From Lytechinus pictus (taxonomy: Eukaryota), in the NCBI RefSeq assembly GCF_037042905.1, contig NC_087251.1, positions 7,690,001-7,754,000 of the forward strand: 64,000 bases of DNA, read 5' to 3'. This document shows positions 25,561 to 36,973 of the stretch, piece by piece. Below the pieces are notes generated by a model. The model did no database searches and had not been told where the DNA came from. It worked only from the letters and a program-made list of their open reading frames with translations. The translations under genes and the position numbers were made by a program. Position 1 is the stretch's first letter. The number at the start of each line of letters is the position of its first letter.

Positions 25561-25755
25561 ATGAAATGTTAGACAGGAATAACCGTCGTTTCTGGGGATT
25601 TATTCAACAATTTCTGACATTTTACTATAATCCCCATTAACCGACGGTAGGGTATACGTGTTGGCTCGCATGTGTTCTCATTCCCACCCTTTTGTCAATT
25701 CACAGTCCAAAGTTTGATGTAATTTTACACATCGAATTTACAATCTAAGGATGTA

Positions 25756-26271
25756 TGGTTGGGGGTCCTAAAGCTACGCGGGTCCTAAAGCTACGCACCA
25801 CTCATCGCGCATGCAATTCCAATGGCAAAATAAATGCGCACTCTAGCTCTGTGTGTGAAGCTGTGACGAACGATCCCTATTCAATTTTTCTACAGAGGCT
25901 GCAATAAATCCTCGAATGCAGAGAAAACCAGCAAATGTTTGGAATTTCGGAGTTATATTCACTTTGATTTCATATTTTCCTATAATAATACGGACATATT
26001 TTAGAAATTGAGGCACAGGAAATACTATTTCTTTGCATGATAAATTGAGAGCGTAGCTTTAGGACCCCTTCTACATCGGGCGGCGAAATTAAGAGGTGTT
26101 CGGAAAACACGGCGGGATTTTCGTATTAGTGAGTTTTGTGATATTTTCTTCTTGGTTAAGGATATTTAGAATATTTATTACAAATTAGTGAAAAATAATT
26201 GTTCAAATATTACAATTGGCATAGTTTTTATCATTTGGAAACAAAGTGCGTAGCTTTAGGTCCCCCCATCA
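25756..26271. mobile_element. TA-flanked MITE with a repeated CCTAAAGCTACGC motif
   Basis: Motif twice at the left end, inverted at about 26051 and 26248; TA flanks. Confidence 0.75.
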
Positions 26272-26734
26272 TATAACCAACAAACTTTTAAAACTGGATA
26301 TTTTGTTAACAAAATACTTTAAACGATATAGATGAAAAGGCATGAAAAATTATACTTTACCGATGTTTAATTGGGTTGAACACGATAAAAAAGGTCAATA
26401 TGGCAGCCAAACTATGAAATATTTACAAACGAACGGAGAGGGCGTCAACAATCACGAATGTGATATCGATATTGCTTTCGATATTATACGATCTGCTCCT
26501 TATTTGAATTCATGAAAAGGATACGTACACTCTACCTCGGTAATCATATAACGCGAGCGCGTAGCGCTTGCTGGTTTTTAAAGATAAAATTATCATCACT
26601 ATTATTTACTATTATTATATAATTATCATTATCGCTAAAATCATTGTGGTTTTTAAATATTATCGTTGTAAGTATTAATATTTGTAGTAGTAATATTTCA
26701 TTATCGAGGTTATGTTATACCGAGGTTATACCGA

Positions 26735-26975
26735 GGTTGTTTTACCTGACTGCTAAGAAAGCACGAATGCCTGTGAGCAAGCAACCAGGGGACCAACGGC
26801 TTAAGGTCCTCTCCGAGGGACCTGGTAATGAGGATAAATGCCTTACCAAAGGGCACTAGCGCACCACTTGGGAATCGAACCCGGGTCACCGGAATCCGAA
26901 ACCCCCGCTCTACCGACTGAGCTATCGCGCCTCCTACTGAGCTATCGCGCCTCCTACTGAGCTATCGCGCCTCCT
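26735..26975 (-). mobile_element. tRNA-derived SINE with a triplicated 5' end
   Basis: Minus strand GGAGGCGCGATAGCTCAGTCGGTAGAGC...GGGTTCGATTCCC then a non-tRNA body; 20-bp unit x3 at 26916-26975. Confidence 0.85.
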
Positions 26976-27257
26976 TATCATCGTTATTATGTTATTTTGT
27001 TATTATGTTATTATGTTATTTTGTTATTATGTTATTATCATCGTTATTATGATTATTATTATTTCATTATTATCATCATCATCATCATTGTCATTATTTT
27101 CATTATATATATTATCACTATGGTTAAGAGATAAAAGAATAATATTTTTCAGATAAATGTTATAGTAAACTGGTCGGGTTGATAAAATTTCTTGTTTGAA
27201 ATTGAATTCCCAATTGGTCATGACCAGTTCCAGTCATTCTCTGATGATGTCGAGTAC

Positions 27258-27959
27258 CAGTGGCGTACCGTGGGTCACGGCATTGGGGGGGGGGGGGCAC
27301 CAGCAAAAATTTTGAGTCATTTACTGGGCTGGCGAAGCGCGCTCAATTGCCAGGTACTGACGTAATAGAAGCATTTTAAGGACTGTTTCATTAAACAGAT
27401 ATGTATCTCACTGATTAAATAATGCGAGCGCGAAGCGCGAGCTGAGATTTTTGAAATTCAGACCTGAAGAGGGGCATTCTTAGGCTTGTTTGTAAAAATT
27501 CACTAAGGCCATACGTATTTCACTTACTAAATTATGCGAGCGCGAAGCGCGAGCTGAAAATTTCTGATAGAGTTTTCAGACCAGTAAAGGGAAAATTTTA
27601 AGGACTGTTTTCAGGAATTCATGAAGAGCAGACATATCTCACCAGTCCATTGATGCGAACGTAAGCACTAACTGGGAATATTTTATATTCAGACTTTAAA
27701 AAAGGGGCAGTTTCTTTTAAGTAGTCATGAGTGAGAAGCATGTCACTACATAAAACAATAACTCGAAGTGCAAGGAAATACATGTATATGGTGTATATTG
27801 ACTTGAAAACGGAATTTTTTAGTACAACATGATTATATATTTCATCAAACAGAAATTACGAGCACCAGGAATGATGAACACAATGTCATAGGCCCTTAGC
27901 AAAATATGTTTCATAATTAGAGTTATGAAAAAAATATTTATGTAATATAATATATTATA

Positions 27960-28000
<41 letters not shown>

Positions 28001-28163
28001 CTTAATATAATAGAATATGCACTAGTTTCTTCTTCCTCTACTACGTCTCTCCTTTTTTTCTCCTTCTTTTTCTACTTTTCCCCCTTCTTTTTTTTGGCCA
28101 GCCGATGGGGGGGGGGGGGGCACGTGCCCCCCATGCCCCCCCCCCCCCGTAGTTACGCCACTG
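27258..28163. mobile_element. hAT (Tip100-like) non-autonomous element with about 110-bp internal repeats
   Basis: cagtggcgta ... tacgccactg; degenerate 8-bp TSD TCGAGTAC/TTGAGCAC. Confidence 0.8.
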
Positions 28164-29423
28164 TTGAGCACGTGTTTTACCTCACTTTCATACACTTTCT
28201 TTCCCTTCGTTTTTTTCAATCCGCGGCAGCTTTGTCGTGTTATTGACTTTTTTCTTGTTCCTTTTCTTCATATTCTGATTTTCAAATTCAATCTTTGTCT
28301 CTATATACCTTCATTTCGTATCTCTTTTTGTCGATTTCTCTCATTGTCCACCATTCTTGTCCATGCCACTGAGTCTCCTGCTAAAGACATGTTAAGGCCT
28401 ATACTTTCTCGTATGTTCTAATTCTTTCTTTCTTTATTGTTGTCATTTTCCTTTGCTTTTTCACCTTTCCCATTCCTCCCACCCCGGCCTCTTTCCTCGT
28501 TTTCTTTTCTTCATTTTACCTTTTTCTCTTTTCGCCCTTTTCTCGGTGAAATCCGCCAGGGCCGGGGCAGCTCCCCCCCCCCCCCCCCCCCCCGGCGCCT
28601 GTTACGCCAGGAAGACCAAATGAACAGCCGATAAGACCAATAGGGACTACCAGTAAGACCAATTGAGTTCACTCAGTTGGATACCAACCACTAAGCCAAA
28701 ACATCAGTAACAGACTCCAGTATAATTAAGACCAGTTTAAAATCCCAGTTACTATAGGCCTATTCAATTAATACCAATGACTGGAGCAGTATTATTTGTA
28801 ACTAGAACAGTATTACCAGACCGATAAACCAATACTCCAATTTCCAGAGTTACTGGTCCAACTGGTCAAGTTGATTTTTTTTTCTTGTGGTTAATTTGAT
28901 TTTCTATTTTTATCATTTGACAGATTATTGTCTTATCTCTTCATTTTGGGCTCGGTAAAATGTAGTTTAATGTGTCTATGGACAATCAAGTCTCGAAATG
29001 TGTGATTTAAAGAGAAACTTACCCGCCGTTTTTCTGGCTGTGTTTGTGTCGTCACATCTTTTTTTTGAAGGGGTGTCTGTGCTTGTGGGCTTGTCAGTCG
29101 TCTTCGTTTCTTTCGAAGAAATGGCGAAGCATAGCTGGTCACCTTCACCTTCCTCCCCAAGTAAACATTGATTCTACTAATTTTCTTTAATTTGGATTTA
29201 TTATTTTTGATCGGGTGTCACTTTAATTCCTAATGATTCGACAGCGTCAGCAGTGGTGTAATCACGGTGATCCATTTTTGCATTCAAAGTTCTTCTTTTA
29301 TTAGGATGATTAGTCAAATTACGGTCACAATTACAACACCAGTAGTCAGACATAATTACTAAAATGAATTAATGAATCAAATAAAATTACCACCAGCAAT
29401 CAGCACACCTACATGGCAATATA

Positions 29424-31228
29424 CTTTTTTTTAAGATGTTTTATTGTTTTTCTCTCAAATCAAATTTCATACAATGCAGTTAACAAAGTAACAATTGTAA
29501 ATAATAATTCAAATAAATTTCTTAAACTAGTATACATTATGCACATCATGAAATAATATTCTCAGACTGCATCGTACCACTACCAGATGAGTTTAACAAA
29601 CAAATATCAGAGAAAAAACTTATAAAAGTATATGCGTTGCACCTGCCCCCTCCTTGCCCCCCCCCCCTTCCCTCCACAAACCCCCACACTTCACACCCTC
29701 AAACATTTTTCGTACACCCTTGCATATGATGCCGCGTTCCGTCTGAAATAAGAAAACACCATAATGAACGAACATAATCTCGTGAGCTCTGTCGCCTCTA
29801 TACTCTTGTAAGGAAATGTTCCCATTTGATATATGGTTTGATAATTTACCCCTTGTTACTGCTAAAATTTTCTCTTCACGTTCATTTTCTAATATCTTCT
29901 CTCTAATTTCGTTGGGACTTGGTGGTCTTTTTAGTCCTGCTGTAAACAAAGATCAGATATTTTATTAAAAGAATAATGTGATTAATTATTTGTTCCTTCC
30001 CTATATTAGCATGCTTAACACCAATGTGTATATCCACCCACCTGGCATTTTTTATTTCATACATATTGAATAAGTTACCGCAATCTATCCATAAGTCTCT
30101 CGTCTTTTCACATGAGAAAAACAGATGCTCGTAAGTTTCTTCAGTATTCCCACAAAATGAACATTCACTATCTGAGAAAATTTTGAATAAATGTAAATAT
30201 TTATTCGTGTATATTAACTCATAAAGCATTTTAAATTGAAACTCTCTAAGCCTACTGCTTAGAGTACATTTTCTGGGTCTTGAAAATATAGCACATATAT
30301 CTTTTTCGGAGAAATTATATGTCTTATATTATCAAACGCATACGATTTTTCAAATTTAATACTTAAAAGTGCCTTGTATATTTTATTAGATGTCACGTTT
30401 GGTAAACTGTTAATCTTACCATTAAATATAAATTCTAGATTTAGACCAGTGTCTTCACAATTGTCTTTTTTCTTCAATAGGTGTTTCCATGTTGCTGGAA
30501 TATTTTCAAAAACTTTATAAACTTTATCTATTTCATTTCCATCTAAACCCATTTTCAGAAAGTCTCTTTGCTTCCACCATATAAATAATTTTTTTTATTT
30601 TACTTAGAATCTATTTGTAATTAACATTTTCCTGAATTTCTACATCTAATGATAAAGTTATTCCTAATGTTTTGATAGTTTCAACTAATTTACCAAATGG
30701 AACTTTAATTTTAATATCTTTTGTAGAAAGAGGACCCAACGCTAATATAAATGTGTTTTCTTTATTCATTTTTAAGCCTGAAATCTTAGCAAAATCTCCA
30801 AATATTTTTCCGATTCTATCAATAGATTGGGAGTCCCTCACAAAAAGTGTCATATCATCCGCATAGAGCGCTTGTTTGACTTCTACATTACCAAAGCTGA
30901 TTCCGTGGATGGATTTATCTTTACGAATGGTATTAGAAAGGACCTCGATACAAAGTATAAACAAATAAGGAGAGAGGGGATCCCCATGTCTCACACCTCT
31001 TTCAACACTAAAGTATCCTGTCGATATACCCCCATTAAATACGCAACTCAGGGCATTTTTGTATAATGTTTTGATCCAGCTGCAAAATGAGGACCCGAAG
31101 CCAAAAGAACGTAAAACGTTTTGCAAAAAGATGTGCGAGACCGAATCAAACGCTTTTTCAAAATCTATTGCCATTAAGAAACCAGGTGCATTATTTTGTT
31201 GTGTGTAGTAAATCATATCGTCAATCAA

Positions 31229-31230
<2 letters not shown>
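29424..31230 (-). mobile_element. 5'-truncated, frameshifted L1/Tx1-like LINE (RT + zf-RVT + 3' UTR + polyA)
   Basis: IDFEKAFDSV, RGVRHGDPLSPYLF, YADD, CSFC...ETYEHLFFSC; AATAAA and A-tail near 29424-29445 on the minus strand. Confidence 0.92.
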
Positions 31231-31259
<29 letters not shown>

Positions 31260-31438
31260 CAAGTGCACACCTAGTTACCAATAATGCATATAGCATTTAC
31301 ATTTATTTGAAAGCAGGATAAAAGAGCATTGAAGATTAAATGCTTTGCTGACGGGCATAGGTGCCGCGGCCGGGGATCGTACCCCGGACTTTTTCATGTA
31401 TAGCCAGGCGCCTTAGACCACTCGGCCACGGCACCTCC
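31231..31438 (-). mobile_element. tRNA-derived SINE with polyA tail, abutting the LINE 5' end
   Basis: Minus strand GGAGGTGCCGTGGCCGAGTGGTCTAAGGCGC...GGGGTACGATCCCC, a short body, then a long A run. Confidence 0.85.
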
Positions 31439-31499
31439 TAAATCTAATTGATCTAATACGATACGATACACTACACGAAGATAAACGATACTAGTTATA

Positions 31500-31653
31500 A
31501 TCGCGATAAATCGAGACATGAAAAAGTTAATAACGATAATGACGTCATTCAAGATGGCAACTTGCAAGAAAAACCGTCAGGTCAGGTGAAAATGTCTTAG
31601 ATGACAGATTTCTCAATCATCCAGAGGATTTTTTTCAATAACTCCGGCCCAAG
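31500..31653 (+). promoter_or_regulatory. Candidate promoter and non-coding first exon of CCDC85
   Basis: CRE palindrome TGACGTCA (31540-31547), YY1-like AAGATGGC (31551-31558), donor AAG|GTATGC at 31654. Confidence 0.4.
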
Positions 31654-31958
31654 GTATGCAATTACTTATATTACCCTGATAATGGAAACCATGAAAATGT
31701 CAATTTTGCCTAAAAAACAGTTTTAAATCGCGATCTATAAAACGCTAGTTCACTATACGTTGGCTGTAGGTAGGGGCCCCCCTCCTCTTCAGTCTATGTA
31801 TGGTGAGTGGAGCCAACGCAGTTCAGCGGAACAACCAAAATACAGAGACTGAAGCTTTTGGTCTAATGAAATGTGACCGAGGTATGAGAGTGAGAGTCGA
31901 GGACAATTTATGTTTTTTTAAGTATACCGGTACTATAGGCCTAAGTACAGTGCAAGTA

Positions 31959-32422
31959 TGATGGTGGGCCCCAAGTCTGCGCACCTAACAATTTGAGTTA
32001 AGATTGAACATGAATTTCTTCTTATTTCAAAAAATCTTTCAGTTAATAATATTCCTTATATTATTTTGAGTAAGTGTACCAAATTTCTCATTAAAAAAAT
32101 GAAAGGATATACAATTTTCTTGCAAAAACATCGGGCTGTCATTTCAGATTGAAAAAAAAAATGGTACCCCATGTCTGCGCACCCACAAATTTTGCACACG
32201 ATTCAGGGATTTTGATGAGACAGGCTGCATTTTGAGGCCGTCACACGAAATGCCCTAAATTCATTATTTTTCCATCATTTTGAGTTGGATTTTTTAATGA
32301 ATACCTGTCTATATATTGAATGTGTAAAGTTCGTGCTCGTTGCGTACTTTCTTTTACTAGAATCGCGCAGATACGCGTGTGCGCAGACAAGGGGGACTGC
32401 GCAGACTTGGGGGAACTTGCCA
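31959..32422. mobile_element. TA-flanked MITE with a repeated CCCCAAGTCTGCGCA motif
   Basis: Motif at about 31969 and 32167, inverted twice at 32379-32412. Confidence 0.7.
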
Positions 32423-32559
32423 TATAATAAGTATTTATTTATTGTCCATAATTGGAAATTCTTCTTGTTTACATGCCGTGCAAAGTGATAGACAACAAAT
32501 TGTATAAATTTAACATGAACAATGGAATCTACATTTGGAACATGACAATAAACATAATA

Positions 32560-33778
32560 CCGTAAGGGTAGCCTGGAGGCTTCTGGGGAGTAAAAGTCAT
32601 CTACTCTACGTAGGCTTACTCCCCATTGAAACCTGGGACGCTTAGGCATAGTCATGCACATACGGCCACAAAACCTGAAACTTTCGCCCCCGAGATTTCT
32701 ACTTTCCCTCTAAAAGATCTAGCCCTAAATCATGTACATGGGGTTCAACTTCATTTCCGACATTTTTGCGATATCGATTTCATTTTTAAAGAAGAATTCA
32801 TTAAAAAAAACGAGAAAAATGCGCGATGTGCGTGCTGTCGCCAAGCGGAAGACAAAGAAATCAAGATGGCGACGTAAACACGACCGTAAGCTCTTCCCAT
32901 CTTTTCATAACATTTTTCTCATTTTTTTAATGAATTCTTCTTTAAAAATTAAATCGATATCGCAGAAATGTCAGAAATAAAGTTGAACCCCATGTACATG
33001 ATTTAGGGCTAGATCTTATAGAGGGAAAGTAGAAATCTCGGGGGCGAAAGGTTCAGGTTTTGTGGCCGTATGTGCATGACTATGCCTAAGCGTCCCAGGC
33101 TTCAATGGGGAGTAAGCCTACGTAGAGTAGATGACTTTTATACTCCCCAGAAGCCTCCAGGCTATGTAAGGGCACTAGTATTCAACCTGTTTGGAGAATT
33201 TCCTCAAATATATAGAAATATGGAATTTAATAATTTCAGACCCGTCTTATTTGCAAGAGCAAATGTTGGTTATTCTTTTTGCATTATTTTTTTCTTCAAC
33301 CTGTCGACTGCGTGCGCGGGCGATCAAATTATACGACGGTGGTTTTTGGCACTAGTATTCAATCCGTCAGCACTAGTATTCAACCTAGCGATGAAAGATG
33401 GCCCTGTCTCTCGATCTGCCCTTGTCCCATCCAACTATGGACAAGACCATTTGAGATGAGACCAAACAGGGAATTAGTCAAAGCCAGAGACTTACATAGA
33501 TCTAGATCTAGTTTAGCAATCTAAACCATTTTGAGTTTCACTATCTACATGTATCATCACTAGGTTGAATACTAGTGCAATTCAGTGCAAAAGGTCATCG
33601 CCGCATAATTCGATCCTCCACGCATACAGTCGACAGATTGATAAAGAAAATATCGACAACAGATTACCCTGGAAATAACAGAGGTATGAAATTAAGATAA
33701 ATCCCCCATTTCTAAATATTTGGGGCAATTTGTCCAAATCTTTGAATTATGCCGGGTTGAATACTAGTGCCAATACGG
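32560..33778. mobile_element. Tc/mariner-like (CCGTA...TACGG, TA TSD) MITE, interrupted in its left TIR
   Basis: Rebuilt left end ccgtaagggcactagtattcaacc versus right end ggttgaatactagtgccaatacgg|TA. Confidence 0.75.
32569..33164. mobile_element. Foldback MITE with about 250-bp near-perfect TIRs and 8-bp TSD
   Basis: tagcctggaggcttctggggagta ... tactccccagaagcctccaggcta; TSD CGTAAGGG/TGTAAGGG. Confidence 0.9.
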
Positions 33779-34014
33779 TATATCTTATATAATAATTCAT
33801 AACAGAGTATTTAAATAACATGAAAGGCATTATATGAGTTCACTGAAATTTGCAATTTGGGAAATATCATGAAAAGACAATTATTGGATTGATTAAATTG
33901 TAATAAAGGGTGGAAAATTTGTTTAGATGTAATTTACATTTCAGGTGAGTACTACTTATGTAGTTGAGTAATGTATTCAGGTATACTTGCTAACATGGAT
34001 CATAATCAAATCGG

Positions 34015-34084
34015 AAGAGGGAGGCAGAAAAGGAAAGAGAGAGAGAGAAATGAAAAGGGAAGGAAAGAAAGAGAAGAAAGAAAC

Positions 34085-34117
<33 letters not shown>

Positions 34118-34180
34118 AAGAAAGAAAGGAAGAAAGAAAGAAGGTAGAAAATAAAGAAAGGAAAAAGAAAGGGGAGGCTG
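34015..34180. repeat. Purine-rich (GA/GAAA)n low-complexity tract
   Basis: Seen directly. Confidence 0.9.
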
Positions 34181-34219
34181 AAAGGTATACTCAAGCCATT
34201 GAGTTTAAGAGACAGAGAG

Positions 34220-34960
34220 AAGTGGGTACAAACGAGTTAAGATAACGGGTGGTATTTGCCTTAACAGACCGCCATCGTTTTCCACTTCTTAACATAACAT
34301 AATGAATATTTAGAGGATGTGATTTATATCTAGATACCGGTACTTCGATTGCCTTATATTTCTTTGCATATCATGTCCAGGTCAAATTCTATCTTCAAGA
34401 TTTTACCAGCTTGCTTCACTATTCTTTTGAGTTTCTGCTTATCTTGAATTCTAGCACTATTATACCATACTGAGCACCCAAAGATCATTACGCTTTCAAT
34501 CACTGATATATAAAACATATTCATGATTTTCCTATCCACTCAAAAGCTTAGTAGCTTCTGAAGAAAGTACATCCTTTGGTTTCCTTTTTTAGATACATCA
34601 TTGATTTGATTTTCCCAAGTTAATTTGCTATTTATAGTCGTACCTAGGTATTTATAGTTTGAAACTATTTCAATCTCTTCATTATTAATGCGGATTGGGT
34701 TATCGAGAGGATTCGAACTTTTCCTCGTTCAGAAATCCACAACCATTTCTTTAGTTTTTGATGTGTTTAGCTCGAGATGGTTATCTTTACACCATTGCAC
34801 AAAACATTCAATACCCGTTCTATACTCTCTTTCATCTTCCTTAATTAAGCCAAGAATTGCCGCGTCATCGGCATACTTGATGATTTTAACCATGTTACTA
34901 TTAAACACATTACAGTCGTTGGTGTACAGAATAAAAAGGCTAGGAGATAGAACACAGCCT
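34220..34960 (-). mobile_element. Decayed Rex1/Babar-like LINE, 3' RT fragment
   Basis: GCVLSPSLFILYTNDC, KIIKYADD, WCKDNHLELNTSKTKEMVVDF*, ending SGKRWRSVKANTTRYLNSFVP. Confidence 0.85.
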
Positions 34961-36363
34961 TATACATGTAGTGGTGTTGATTGAATATCAACTTCATTAT
35001 AATTTTTGAAATATGCACAAATTATGGAGACCTCTGTTTGCAATTGGCGATATCTTAATGCTTGTAAGTTGTAGAGAGGTTTGGATTTTATTGGATTGGC
35101 CGTAAGCTAAAGGTAACAAAAATTGCAGATGTTTTGCGGTTTGCCAATATTTTCACAAATTGGATTTTAACAGACATACATGTAGTGATTCAAAGAATTG
35201 TGATTAGTAGTGTATGCAACTGTGCGCAAAATATGGTAAGCACGTTTTATGATCATGCTACCATACAGAGACTGAATCCTTTGGTCTATGCTCACCCATA
35301 AAGTAATGAAGTTATTTTGGATGTTAATAGGCTCCGTTTTGACAAGCAAAGCCGAATGACAACTCACCAATGCGAGGTTACTAGACTTTGGGATTTATCT
35401 CCTGTGTAATTCAAATTATTTAACACAGAATTGTGATATCTGTAGGGGAAATATGTGCATTAGAGATTGCACATGGTGGTAACTCATAATGGACCCCTAT
35501 ACATTCAACTGTTTCCCGACTGTTGCGTTGATTTTTTTTCCATACCAGGTGTATGGAAAAGCGTGGTACAGAAAAAAAGACGAAACTTGGGAATTTGAAA
35601 CTGCTCCTTGCTATCTTCAAGGTTTGTTCATGATTTTGAGTGCGGAGTTTGGATGATTTTTAAATGGCAAGCCGAGCTCAAGCATATGGCGCTAGGGGGC
35701 TTCTGAGTTTTTATCACTCGGCAATAATTTCGGGGGCGATTTCCAGATTTTATGTCGCTCCCAAAAGCATGAAATTGGGTGATTTCGAGGGCGACTTAAG
35801 GCATTTCCGGGGCAAATTCGCCCGCCGCTCCTGTATATCTTCTAATTGATGTTCTATGCCATAATAAGAAATACTGTTAATGAAAGCAAGATTTACATAC
35901 TGTATTTTACGTTGATTGCATCATGATTTTCCTTTGTAGCACTAAGAATGGGAAAAATTTAAAAGGGTACAACAACAAATATGTGAGGGGCATCAAGGCA
36001 AGTCGACAGGTCATCCAAAGATATGGTCTTGGACCACTTGCTGATTTAGGCCTACATGTACATGGAAACCCTACATATTTGACATTAGATGTATCTTGTT
36101 CATGTACATGTATCTTCCCCTTCATACTGTATAGTATTATAAATATGTTGTGCACACAATACTCATACTCAAATCCAACCTTTTTCCCCTCTTGTATCAT
36201 ATGCAGATTTTGGGATGATATTTTACTGGTACTTCCTTACCAAACACGACCAAACCTTTAGTAGCTAGAAGAAAGTTTATAACCAACACAGTAAATACAA
36301 AATGTGAGTGAAGGGAAATCAAAAGGAGATATTGGAGTAATTTGGTTGGCTATTGTGATCAAG

Positions 36364-36973
36364 ATGGCAGCCAAATCTGGACCGAGGTTCACTACGGATG
36401 AAGAGTTAAAGTCATTGAGCTGGGAGGATGTAGTAAGACGATTACGATGGTGTGAAAATGAAAGGATGAAGTTGCTGGCAGAACAAGGTGGTACCATGAA
36501 GGATATAAAACATCAGTTAATGTTGAAATCAAATGAGATACAAGCTCTCAAGGCTGAAAACCAGAAACTTCATTCAGATAATGTGGAGTTACGTGATTTG
36601 TGTTGCTTTCTGGACGATGACCGACAGAAAGGTAGAAAAGTGTCAAATGAGTGGCAGCGTTTTGGTCAATACACAACAAATGTGATGCGCAATGGAGTAT
36701 CTACCTATCAGGACAAATTAAGAGAATTGGAGGAACGGCAAGAAAAACTATTTCAGGAGAATATTGAATTGAGAGAGCTGTGCTTTCTATTGGACCAGGA
36801 AAGAACTGGCAATCAGAGTACTCTCCTTAGCATAGGCAATGGAATTGATTTAAGAGAAAAGACAAACATGAGCAATGGACCTTCATCTATATTGAACGAT
36901 GGACATTTATCAAAGGAAGGGTCTTCCAAAATATGGGGGAATGGTGGTGACATTTCATCCTTGCAAAACAATG
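36364..36973 (+). CDS. CCDC85: Coiled-coil domain-containing protein 85 family, coding exon 1
   Basis: Acceptor ends at 36206; AAGATGG start context; motifs ELRDLCCFLDDDRQKGRKVSNEWQRFGQYT and ENIELRELCFLLD; donor G|GTAAGT at 36974 (phase 1). Confidence 0.92.

Noticed and set aside
26861..26934. tRNA gene (TCG anticodon-like); similar heads at 12010-12094 and 31360-31438
   Set aside because: Acceptor stems are poor and each runs into a SINE body or tail, so these are SINE heads rather than tRNA genes.
32275..33459. Paired ORFs starting MCMTMPKRPR on opposite strands
   Set aside because: They are an artefact of the 250-bp inverted repeat and show no protein motifs.
36304..36363. N-terminal extension of the 239-aa ORF from a GTG start, and its read-through to 37023
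   Set aside because: The gene is eukaryotic: the first in-frame ATG is 36364 and the exon ends at the 36974 donor.
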